A stretch of 64,000 nucleotides of DNA from Candidatus Hydrogenedentota bacterium (GTDB lineage Bacteria; Hydrogenedentota; Hydrogenedentia; Hydrogenedentales; SLHB01), in NCBI GenBank assembly GCA_045863295.1, contig BTWA01000006.1, positions 128,697-192,696 on the forward strand, written 5' to 3'. This document shows, piece by piece, positions 50,783 to 59,002 of this stretch. The notes below the pieces were generated by a model. That model made no database searches, was not told where the DNA came from, and worked only from the letters and a program-made list of their open reading frames with translations. How positions within the stretch are numbered: the stretch's first letter is position 1; every line of letters begins with the position of its first letter. A program made the translations under genes and the position numbers.

Positions 50783-52423
50783 TTAGACATACACTCCTCC
50801 TCTGAACGAACGGTCTTGTTCGATTACCACATTCACCAATGCCGGTTTTCCAGAGGCAAAGGCCCTGTCCAGGGCAGGCCGAATATCTTGCGGGCGTTCG
50901 ACAAATTCTCCGTGGCCTCCCAGTGCTTCCACCACTTTGTCATATCGGGAATAGTTCAGTTCCACTGCGACCAAACGATCTTCGCCGAAAAAGGCGGCTT
51001 GGGGCCGCATCATTTGCCCCCAGGCGGCATCGTTACCGACCACACCGACGATAGGGAGATTGTGGCGGACCGCTGTGTCGTATTCGAAACCGTTCAAGCC
51101 GAAACTGCCGTCACCATAGATAATCAGCACACGCTTTTCAGGATGAGCGGCCTGGGCCGCCAAGGCAAACGGCATGCCAACGCCAAGCGTGCCCAAGGGA
51201 CCCGGATCCATCCACAATCCGTTCTTGGGCACAGGCACGACTTTGGCCGCGGAAGCAACAATGTCTCCCCCATCGCCGATGATGATCATGTCGTCCGTAA
51301 CAACGTTGGCGATTTCCTGGCATAGCCGTGCGGCCTTAATCGGTACTGCATCAGACGCCGCCTCCTCACTGTGCTTGGCGGCCATGGCGTCTTCGATACT
51401 CCGCAGACTGGCAGCGTATTGTGAATAGTCGAGTGTTATGTTCTGTTCATCCATAACGCGCATCATGGCATCAAAGGTGCAAGCGAGATTTCCCACCAAA
51501 GCCACGTGGGATGCCCGGTTCTGGCCGATTAACGTGTTGTCCATCTCCAATTGGATAATCTTGCAGTCTTTGGGCAGCGTTGTGCCAAAGGCGAGTCGAA
51601 AATCGAGGATCGCCCCCGCCAATACCACGACGTCGCATTGTTCAAATGCCTGTCGTCGCGTGCGATTGAACAAGTGGCTTGAATCGCGCGCCACGGTGCC
51701 GCGTCCCATGCCATTGGCAAAGGCCGGCAAGTTGGTACGTTCAAGAAATGCGTTAAGCTGGGGTTGTGCATTGGACCATTTGACGCTGGTACCCGCCATG
51801 AGAAATGGCCGCTTCGCATTCCGTAGAATCTCCAACGCCTTGAGTATCTCGTCACGGGCCGGCGCGATAAGAGGCGGCGCGGATTTGATGAACGGCACTG
51901 CTGCATCGTCCCAATCGGCCTCCAGCATTAGAATGTCCATGGGAATCTCAAGATAGGAAGGTCCGGGTATTCCACTCACCGCGTGGCGAACGGCCAGTTC
52001 GACATATTCGGGAATTCGGTCGGTATGGTAACAGGCGCCCGCCCATTTCGTTATTGGGCGCATGAGTCCGATGTGATCCATCTCTTGCAGCGACCCGCGG
52101 CCAAGGTTCGCGAATGGCCCCTGGCCTCCAATGATAATCATGGGAGAATTGGCCCGCCATGCATTCGCGACACCGGTCACCGCGTCGGTTACACCGGGCC
52201 CGGCCGTAACGACTGCGCAGCCGATTTTACCGGGATTTACTCGCGACCAAGCGTCGGCCGCATGGGCCGCGGCCTGCTCATGACGAACGTCAATTACCCG
52301 AATTCCCTCGTCCAGGCAACCGTCGTAAATGGCGAATACATGCCCGCCGGACAAGGTGAAAATGCATTCCACACCCGCTTTTTTGAGCGCCCTGGCCACC
52401 AATTTGCCGCCATGCATCGACAT
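50783..52423 (-). CDS. thiamine-pyrophosphate-dependent enzyme (acetolactate synthase / oxalyl-CoA decarboxylase-like)
   Basis: N-terminal TPP_enzyme_N, a central domain, then a C-terminal TPP-binding motif GDGSFGLNGFEYDTAVRHNLPIVGVVGNDAAWG. The start is placed at the ATG preceded by GGGAGGAGGG (7-nt spacer) rather than the upstream GTG. Confidence 0.75.
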   Translation of the reverse strand: MSMHGGKLVARALKKAGVECIFTLSGGHVFAIYDGCLDEGIRVIDVRHEQAAAHAADAWSRVNPGKIGCAVVTAGPGVTDAVTGVANAWRANSPMIIIGGQGPFANLGRGSLQEMDHIGLMRPITKWAGACYHTDRIPEYVELAVRHAVSGIPGPSYLEIPMDILMLEADWDDAAVPFIKSAPPLIAPARDEILKALEILRNAKRPFLMAGTSVKWSNAQPQLNAFLERTNLPAFANGMGRGTVARDSSHLFNRTRRQAFEQCDVVVLAGAILDFRLAFGTTLPKDCKIIQLEMDNTLIGQNRASHVALVGNLACTFDAMMRVMDEQNITLDYSQYAASLRSIEDAMAAKHSEEAASDAVPIKAARLCQEIANVVTDDMIIIGDGGDIVASAAKVVPVPKNGLWMDPGPLGTLGVGMPFALAAQAAHPEKRVLIIYGDGSFGLNGFEYDTAVRHNLPIVGVVGNDAAWGQMMRPQAAFFGEDRLVAVELNYSRYDKVVEALGGHGEFVERPQDIRPALDRAFASGKPALVNVVIEQDRSFRGGVYV

Positions 52424-52497
52424 AACCAACCCTCCTCCCTCACAAGGTAGGGTGTTATACGATGTTTTGCTGGCGGGAATCGAGTTTTCGCAGCCGA

Positions 52498-54156
52498 TCA
52501 CGCATATTCTGAAGCCTCTAGAATGGCCATTACCTCGTGCGCGTGTCTTGCGCCAACAAGGGATTCCACCAAGCGGTCATCCCCTGCAACTTTGGCCACA
52601 AGCGCCAACGCGCGCAAATGGACATCGTTGGGCTCCACGGGAGAAAGCAACAGGATGACCAAGCGCACCACGGATTCCACCGCTTCATCGCTGACACCGT
52701 CCGGTGCAATCCCAATCGCCACAATTGGGTTGTCCAGTCCGGGCACACGAGCATGGGGAATGCCTGTGTGCAGTCCGAGAAACGTAGACCCCTGTGCTTC
52801 CCGATCTTGGATGGCCCGCAAAATGGCATCCAAAGACAAGGATGGGTAGTCTCTTGAGCATACTTCCGCGAGTTCTTTCAACACAGCATTCTTGGACATG
52901 GGCATTGACCAGAGCAGGATACGGCGATCGGTAACGTAGTCTGTCAGGCGCAAGGGCTTGTTTGACGCTGAAGGAGATGCACTCGTCGCTTCCGCGTTCG
53001 CTTGTCGTGAGGGCGGTTCCACTGCCGTCGATTGCGTATCGAGCACAACGACGTTGATTCCACGGGCTGTGTAGAGCAGGTCTTCCACGGGACTGACCTG
53101 TCCAAGCATGCGTCGCCACCACGTTGGCCGCCCGCCCGGCGATCCGACTACGATATGGCTGATTCGATACTCTTTCGCGAACTGGAGAATGGTTTTTACA
53201 ATATCTTCACCCTTGTACGTGAACACCGTTGCGCCCAGCTGTTGAGCGATCGCGAGCGTATTAGCCAGTACTCGCTGTGTTTGCGCGTCAATTTGAGTTG
53301 GACTTTCGGCGGTCGTCTGTACGTAGACGGCGTACCAATTCCTGTTCAGCCGTCCGGCAAGGCGAGACGCATAACGCAACAACGCTTCGCTGTTGGGGCC
53401 GCGAGAACTCAGGCATACCATGATCTGATCCAGGCTTGAGGCCGCATCGTCGCTGTCAACGTCGCGCCGGCGGGAATCAATTTGCGATGCCATCTCCCGA
53501 AGGGTCAGCTCCCTCAGCTCCGCTAGGTTCGAATCGCGGAAGAAGCTGTCTAACGCAACATCAATGCGCTCGTGCGTATAAACCTTCCCTTCGCGAAGCC
53601 TTTTGCGCAGATCCTCCGTGGTAACGTCCACATTGACAATCTCGTCCGCTTCGAGCACCACACGATCCGGAATGCGCTCGCGCACGCGCACGCCGGTACT
53701 GCGCTCAACTGTATCGTACAAACTCTCCAAATGTTGTACATTCAAGGTAGATATGACATGGATTCCAGCAGATCGAATATCTTCCACGTCCTTGTATCGC
53801 TTTGCATTCTTGCTGCCGGGAACATTGGTGTGGGCCAATTCATCCACTAGGACAACGGCTGGACGCCGTGCAAGCACTGCGCCCAGGTCCATCTCCTCGA
53901 TAACGATTCCCTTGTACCGAGACGAGCGGCGCGGGACTAACTCCAATCCGGCCACAAGCGCATCGGTTTCTTTACGTCCGTGGGTTTCCACGTAGCCCAC
54001 AACAACATCAATGCCCTCGAGCATCATGCGATGGGCTTCTTGAAGCATCTGATACGTTTTTCCCACGCCAGCGCAGTAACCCAGATAAATCTTCAGGCGT
54101 CCGCGCTGCGAACGGCGGATCATGCGCAGGAAGTTGTCAGCCCGTGTTGATTCCAT
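52498..54156 (-). CDS. soluble KdpD N-terminal sensor domain + USP domain + PTS EIIA(Ntr)-like domain fusion (no histidine-kinase domain)
   Basis: The N-terminus RGRLKIYLGYCAGVGKTYQML is the KdpD-domain P-loop-like start. A USP-like region (IMVCLSS...HIVVGSPGG) follows. The C-terminal ~150 aa show the EIIA type-2 pattern with a His in GLHTGIPHARV. There are no TM helices and no HisKA/HATPase. Last gene after kdpC. Confidence 0.7.
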   Translation of the reverse strand: MESTRADNFLRMIRRSQRGRLKIYLGYCAGVGKTYQMLQEAHRMMLEGIDVVVGYVETHGRKETDALVAGLELVPRRSSRYKGIVIEEMDLGAVLARRPAVVLVDELAHTNVPGSKNAKRYKDVEDIRSAGIHVISTLNVQHLESLYDTVERSTGVRVRERIPDRVVLEADEIVNVDVTTEDLRKRLREGKVYTHERIDVALDSFFRDSNLAELRELTLREMASQIDSRRRDVDSDDAASSLDQIMVCLSSRGPNSEALLRYASRLAGRLNRNWYAVYVQTTAESPTQIDAQTQRVLANTLAIAQQLGATVFTYKGEDIVKTILQFAKEYRISHIVVGSPGGRPTWWRRMLGQVSPVEDLLYTARGINVVVLDTQSTAVEPPSRQANAEATSASPSASNKPLRLTDYVTDRRILLWSMPMSKNAVLKELAEVCSRDYPSLSLDAILRAIQDREAQGSTFLGLHTGIPHARVPGLDNPIVAIGIAPDGVSDEAVESVVRLVILLLSPVEPNDVHLRALALVAKVAGDDRLVESLVGARHAHEVMAILEASEYA

Positions 54157-54176
54157 GGGTTTTCCGTATTCAATCC

Positions 54177-54740
54177 TTAGCCTTGGCCATCCAAAGCCAT
54201 ATTGATTTCAAGTACATTCACCAAAGAATCCGGCGTAAACGGCCCGCCAGGACGTCTCGCTTTGCCCTCGACGATTTGCTTCACGATTCCTGGATCCATT
54301 CCGCGGGCGGCAGCCACTCGTTCGACCTGAAAAAGCGCGGCTTCCAACGTTATGTCCGGATCCATGCCACTGCCCGAGGCCGTCACAAGATCGGCCGGAA
54401 TGGGATCGGTTGATTCACCGTGGCGGCTTTGAAAGTCGGCGACCCTGTCTTTCAGCACCGGGTTTAGTGGGCTCAAGTTGCTGCCACCGGTGCTGGCCGC
54501 GTTGTAGTCCACGGCGGAAGGCCTTGGCCAAAAGTAGTTGGCGGATGTAAACGACTGGCTCAGCACCCGGCTTCCAACAATCTGGCCATCCGCATTGGTG
54601 AGCAGGCTTCCATTCGCCGTGAAAGGCGTGAGACCCTGACCAATGCCCCAAATGGAGAGGGGATACGCAATCGAACAAACAGCAATCGTACAAGCCCAGA
54701 TGCGTACACACGCGAGTAGTTGGTCGGAATTGGTTTTCAT
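54177..54740 (-). CDS. kdpC: potassium-transporting ATPase subunit C
   Basis: Single N-terminal TM, then GSNLSPLNP...ASGSGMDPDIT(L)EAA, which are conserved KdpC motifs. Confidence 0.85.
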   Translation of the reverse strand: MKTNSDQLLACVRIWACTIAVCSIAYPLSIWGIGQGLTPFTANGSLLTNADGQIVGSRVLSQSFTSANYFWPRPSAVDYNAASTGGSNLSPLNPVLKDRVADFQSRHGESTDPIPADLVTASGSGMDPDITLEAALFQVERVAAARGMDPGIVKQIVEGKARRPGGPFTPDSLVNVLEINMALDGQG

Positions 54741-54752
54741 ACACTTTCCATC

Positions 54753-56822
54753 CTATGCCAATCTCGTGATAACGAGCACGAGGTCGATTACTTTAATGCC
54801 TACAAACGGGGCAATGACACCGCCGATTCCATAGATCAGCAAGTTCCTGCGCAGTATTGCGTCTGCGCCAATGGGCCGGTACTTGACGCCCTTGATGGCG
54901 ATGGGAACCAGCAACGGAATAACGATGGCATTGAAGATAACTGCCGACAGGATTGCGCTGTTTGGCGATCCCAGTCGCATGATGTTCAATGCGCTCAATT
55001 GCGGTATGGCCAACATGAACATGGCGGGCACTATGGCAAAATACTTCGCCACATCGTTCGCAATGGAAAATGTCGTCAACGCACCCCGGGTCATCAACAA
55101 TTGCTTACCAATTTCGATGACTTCAATGAGCTTTGTTGGGTCGCTGTCCAAATCAACCATATTGCCTGCTTCCTTGGCGGCGTGGGTGCCGGAATTCATG
55201 GCCACGCCGATATCGGCTTGGGCAAGTGCAGGTGCGTCATTTGTTCCATCGCCCATCATGGCTATCAGATGGCCTTTTGCCTGCTCCTTTCGAATGTAAT
55301 CCAGTTTATCCTCGGGTTTCGCCTCGGCAATGTAATCATCGACTCCGGCTTGTCTGGCAATCGCGGCCGCGGTCAACGGATTGTCTCCCGTAACCATAAC
55401 CACACGCAGGCCCATGCTGCGAAGACGGACAAAGCGATCCCGTATACCCGGTTTCAATACATCCGACAACGCGATCACACCCAGGATTTCTTTTCCCTCC
55501 GCAACCACAATGGGCGTTGATCCGGCACGCGCCACGGATTCGACTAGGTCCTTCAGTTCCCGTGGCACGGCGCCGCCTTGTCCGGAGACATATGTAACTA
55601 CCGCATCGCTCGCGCCTTTTCGGTAACTCTTTCCCATAGGAACGTCCAGTCCGCTCAGGCGAGTCTGGGCCGTAAAGGGAATCACGACAGACCCTGGAAC
55701 TTCCTGAGGAACCGCATTTCCGAGCGTTTCTTCGCCCAAGGAAACAATCGATCGTCCTTCTGGGGTCCTATCCCCAAAGGAGGCAAGCATCCCGGCTTCG
55801 GCAAGCCTCCTGCGAACAATGCCGGGTAGCGGGTGGTATTCTGTCGCGTGCCGGTTGCCCATGGTAATCGTACCGGTCTTGTCGAGCAGCAAAGTATCGA
55901 CGTCACCGGCGAGTTCCACGGCCTTGCCGCTCTTCGCCAACACATTGGCCGACAAGGCGTGATCCATGCCTGCCAGCCCGATTGCAGCCAACAATGCTCC
56001 AATGGTAGTGGGTATAAGGCAAACGAGTAACGCCACAAGCGTCGGTACGGGGATATCGACTCCAAAGTAGCGCCCAATCGGCCACAAAGCCATCGTTACC
56101 ATCAGAAACGACAAGGTCAGACCTGCAAGTGTTACCGTCAAGGCGATTTCGTTTGGGGTCTTTTGACGGATTGCTCCTTCGACCAGCGCGATCATCCGAT
56201 CGAGAAATGACTCGCCCGCACCGGCGGTGATTTTAATGGTCAGCCGATCAGAAAGCACCCGCGTCCCGCCGGTAACCCCGGATCGATCGCCGCCTGCTTC
56301 GCGCACCACCGGGGCGGATTCCCCTGTAATCGCGGACTCGTCCACCGTAGCGGCACCATCCACCACTTCACCATCGCTTGGAATTACTTCCCCTGCCTTG
56401 ACAACAACTACGTCGCCATTGGAAAGGGCATCCGAAGCAACCATTTCTTCCTTGCCATTGGAAAGGCGCCGCGCCGGCGTGCTCTTGCGTGTTGATCGAA
56501 GTGTATCGGCCTGGGCCCGGCCACGCGCCTCGGCCAGTGCTTCCGCAAAATTTGCGAAGATGACCGTCAACCAAAGCACAAGCGTCAATACGGTTGTGTG
56601 CGCCAGGTTGCCGGCGCCTTGCATCACATCAAGAACAAGCACGACGGTGCTGAGCGCAGCGCCTATTTCAGTGACAAACATGACGGGGTTGCGCGCCATG
56701 ATATCCGGACGTAACATTGCCAGCGATTGAATCGCGGCGGCACGCACAAGCTTTCCATCAAAGAGCGATGCCTTGCGCGCGTGGCGGCGAACCAGCTTGG
56801 CTGAATCCAATTCTGTACTCAT
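54753..56822 (-). CDS. kdpB: potassium-transporting P-type ATPase subunit B
   Basis: Phosphorylation motif DKTGTIT, TGDN, GDGTNDAPAL, and the KdpB-specific N-terminus. Confidence 0.9.
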   Translation of the reverse strand: MSTELDSAKLVRRHARKASLFDGKLVRAAAIQSLAMLRPDIMARNPVMFVTEIGAALSTVVLVLDVMQGAGNLAHTTVLTLVLWLTVIFANFAEALAEARGRAQADTLRSTRKSTPARRLSNGKEEMVASDALSNGDVVVVKAGEVIPSDGEVVDGAATVDESAITGESAPVVREAGGDRSGVTGGTRVLSDRLTIKITAGAGESFLDRMIALVEGAIRQKTPNEIALTVTLAGLTLSFLMVTMALWPIGRYFGVDIPVPTLVALLVCLIPTTIGALLAAIGLAGMDHALSANVLAKSGKAVELAGDVDTLLLDKTGTITMGNRHATEYHPLPGIVRRRLAEAGMLASFGDRTPEGRSIVSLGEETLGNAVPQEVPGSVVIPFTAQTRLSGLDVPMGKSYRKGASDAVVTYVSGQGGAVPRELKDLVESVARAGSTPIVVAEGKEILGVIALSDVLKPGIRDRFVRLRSMGLRVVMVTGDNPLTAAAIARQAGVDDYIAEAKPEDKLDYIRKEQAKGHLIAMMGDGTNDAPALAQADIGVAMNSGTHAAKEAGNMVDLDSDPTKLIEVIEIGKQLLMTRGALTTFSIANDVAKYFAIVPAMFMLAIPQLSALNIMRLGSPNSAILSAVIFNAIVIPLLVPIAIKGVKYRPIGADAILRRNLLIYGIGGVIAPFVGIKVIDLVLVITRLA

Positions 56823-56853
56823 GATTTCATAAACTCCGTTAAAGATACGTGTA

Positions 56854-58530
56854 TTACAGGGTTCCGGCGAGGTGCTCGGCAATGGGGCCAAGCACCGCCA
56901 CCGGAAGGAAGAGTAGCGCGCCTATGAGCGCAACACTTCCCAGCAAGACCAACCCGAACATGGGTGTGTCGGTACGAAATGTGCCAGTAGACTCAGGCAC
57001 CGGCTTTTTGGCGGCCAGCGATCCAGCAATGGCCAAAGGCAGAATAATGGGCACATAGCGGCAAAAGAGCATCACGAGGCCCGTGGCAAGATTCCACGGA
57101 ATCGTATTGTCTCCAAGACCTTCGTAACCCGATCCGTTGTTGGCCGCAGCCGAGGAGAACTCGTACAGAATCTCCGTGAAGCCGCGTGCTCCTGGATTCT
57201 TTACGGTTCCAATTCCCCAGGAGGTGGCGGCGAATGCAGCCGTACCGCCCAAGATGCACAACGGATGAAGCAGCAGTGCGATGAGCGCCAGCTTCATCTC
57301 GCGTGTTTCCACCTTGCGCGCCAGATATTCGGGCGTACGTCCTACCATCATGCCGCAAATAAAGACACCGATGATGATATAGATGAACATGTTGATCATG
57401 CCGACGCCCACGCCACCGAACGTTACATTGAGCCACATACCGGCCAATGGGGCGAGACCGGTCAACGGATTCAGGCTATTGTGCATGGCGTTAACCGAAC
57501 CATTACTGGTGGACGTGGTCGCGGTTGCCCAGAACGGTGCGGCGGTGGCGCCAAAGCGCAGCTCTTTCCCTTCCAGGTTGCTTGACTCCGTGGAAACCGG
57601 CAAGCCGGCAAAAGAGGCCGTAGGCTCCGATTCCCAACAAACCGCCCACGAAACCTTGCAAACGAATAGCATCATCATGACTGTGAATATCACGGCCGCA
57701 TGGCGCATTCGGCCAGTTATTCTGCCAAACATCCAGACGCTTGCCATCGGAATGATGATAATGCAGAGACATTCCACGCAATTTGTAAAGAACGATACGT
57801 TTTCATAGGAATGCGTCGAGTTTGGCCCGAAGAAACCACCACCGTTGGTACCCAATTGCTTGATGGTAACGAACGCAGCCACGGGGCCTCTCGCAATCGT
57901 CTGTACGGCGCCTTCCAGAGTGGTCGCCTGTATGGCCCCACCAAAGGTCATGGCAATTCCACCAAGAACCAATGTTGTGGCCACGACGAATGCCACTGGC
58001 ACAAGGAACAACAAGGTCGCGCGCAAGAGGTCGCGATAGAAGTTTCCGATCTTGACGCTACCGGACAAGCCACGCGCCATGGCAGCGAGCGCGGCTATGC
58101 CCGTAGCGGCAGAAACAAACTGCAGCCACATCAGCGCACCCAATTGCGAAAAATAGCTCAGCGTGGACTCGCCGGAATAGTGCTGCAGATTGGTGTTGGT
58201 GACAAAAGACACCACGGTGTTGAATACCAGACTGGGCTCTATTGAGCCCAGTCTGTCGGGGTTCAAGGGAAGGTGCTGCTGTATGCTCAAGACCGCAAAC
58301 ACGAAAATGAACATGCACACGTTGAAAAGCAGCAGTGCCAGACAGTACTGCTTCCAATTCTGTTCCCTTCGCGCTGCCGGTCCGGTCACCCAAACGATTA
58401 CGCGTTCCATGGATACGCGCAATCCCGTCTCAGCGACGGGATCACTCATGGCCCAGGTCAAGTACCGTCCAAGCGGTACCGAAATTAGGACCGCTGTGCC
58501 GAGGAACATAATTACCAATGCGATTGACAT
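56854..58530 (-). CDS. kdpA: potassium-transporting ATPase subunit A
   Basis: Ten-TM KdpA with selectivity-filter-like G-rich loops (TNTNLQHY; GTNGGGFFG; NNGSGYEG). Confidence 0.9.
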   Translation of the reverse strand: MSIALVIMFLGTAVLISVPLGRYLTWAMSDPVAETGLRVSMERVIVWVTGPAARREQNWKQYCLALLLFNVCMFIFVFAVLSIQQHLPLNPDRLGSIEPSLVFNTVVSFVTNTNLQHYSGESTLSYFSQLGALMWLQFVSAATGIAALAAMARGLSGSVKIGNFYRDLLRATLLFLVPVAFVVATTLVLGGIAMTFGGAIQATTLEGAVQTIARGPVAAFVTIKQLGTNGGGFFGPNSTHSYENVSFFTNCVECLCIIIIPMASVWMFGRITGRMRHAAVIFTVMMMLFVCKVSWAVCWESEPTASFAGLPVSTESSNLEGKELRFGATAAPFWATATTSTSNGSVNAMHNSLNPLTGLAPLAGMWLNVTFGGVGVGMINMFIYIIIGVFICGMMVGRTPEYLARKVETREMKLALIALLLHPLCILGGTAAFAATSWGIGTVKNPGARGFTEILYEFSSAAANNGSGYEGLGDNTIPWNLATGLVMLFCRYVPIILPLAIAGSLAAKKPVPESTGTFRTDTPMFGLVLLGSVALIGALLFLPVAVLGPIAEHLAGTL

Positions 58531-58665
58531 AACTTCCTGTCCTTCATTAGGAGCCGCACTCTGTTGGCGGCGAATATTCCCGTATGCCGCGCCATTGCGG
58601 CGCGTAGCCATACAAGGAATCAAGGGTTTGTCCTGCCGGATGTACCGGCGTCGGGTGACTACAAA

Positions 58666-58746
58666 TCAGAACCGTTCAGGTCTGATCATGGCGTATGTCA
58701 AATACGCAAAGCAGAACAGGCCAATAAATGCGCTCAACCAACTCAT
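58666..58746 (-). CDS. kdpF: potassium-transporting ATPase subunit F (26-aa hydrophobic peptide)
   Basis: Translation MSWLSAFIGLFCFAYLTYAMIRPERF matches the KdpF consensus (MSxxxxxGxxxxxxLxxYLxYALxxPExF). It lies upstream of kdpA. Confidence 0.7.
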   Translation of the reverse strand: MSWLSAFIGLFCFAYLTYAMIRPERF

Positions 58747-59002
58747 GAAATTACTCCCAGTATTCAATTCGACGCGAGCTTCAAGCATGAGTCAATTCTC
58801 TTCTGCCAGGGTGCTGCACGGACTGTTCGCACTAAAGAGGTCCCTGGACAGACCGGACTTTTTGCATGCCGCCAACCCTTCTCCAGGAACTTGCTTGAGC
58901 ATCAAGATCAGGTTGGCGCACACGCGGAGGTTATCAACACAAGCAAACCCAACACTCCCAATCCAATCCCGAAGCACACCAGTAGGAACAGCATTTCACC
59001 AT

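Noticed and set aside
53518-53535. tRNA T-loop-like GGTTCGAATC string
   Set aside because: It lies inside the KdpD-like coding sequence with no acceptor or anticodon arms. No tRNA could be assembled anywhere in the window.
58850-58870. RNase P RNA P4-like AAAGTCCGG motif
   Set aside because: It is an isolated 9-mer match. The surrounding 256 nt are far too short and lack the other universally conserved RNase P regions.
58747-58900. Possible second sigma-54 promoter (TGGCAG.../TGGCGGCATGCA) immediately upstream of kdpF
   Set aside because: The GG-to-GC spacing is wrong, 8 or 15 nt instead of 10. Only the element at 60885-60900 fits the -24/-12 geometry.
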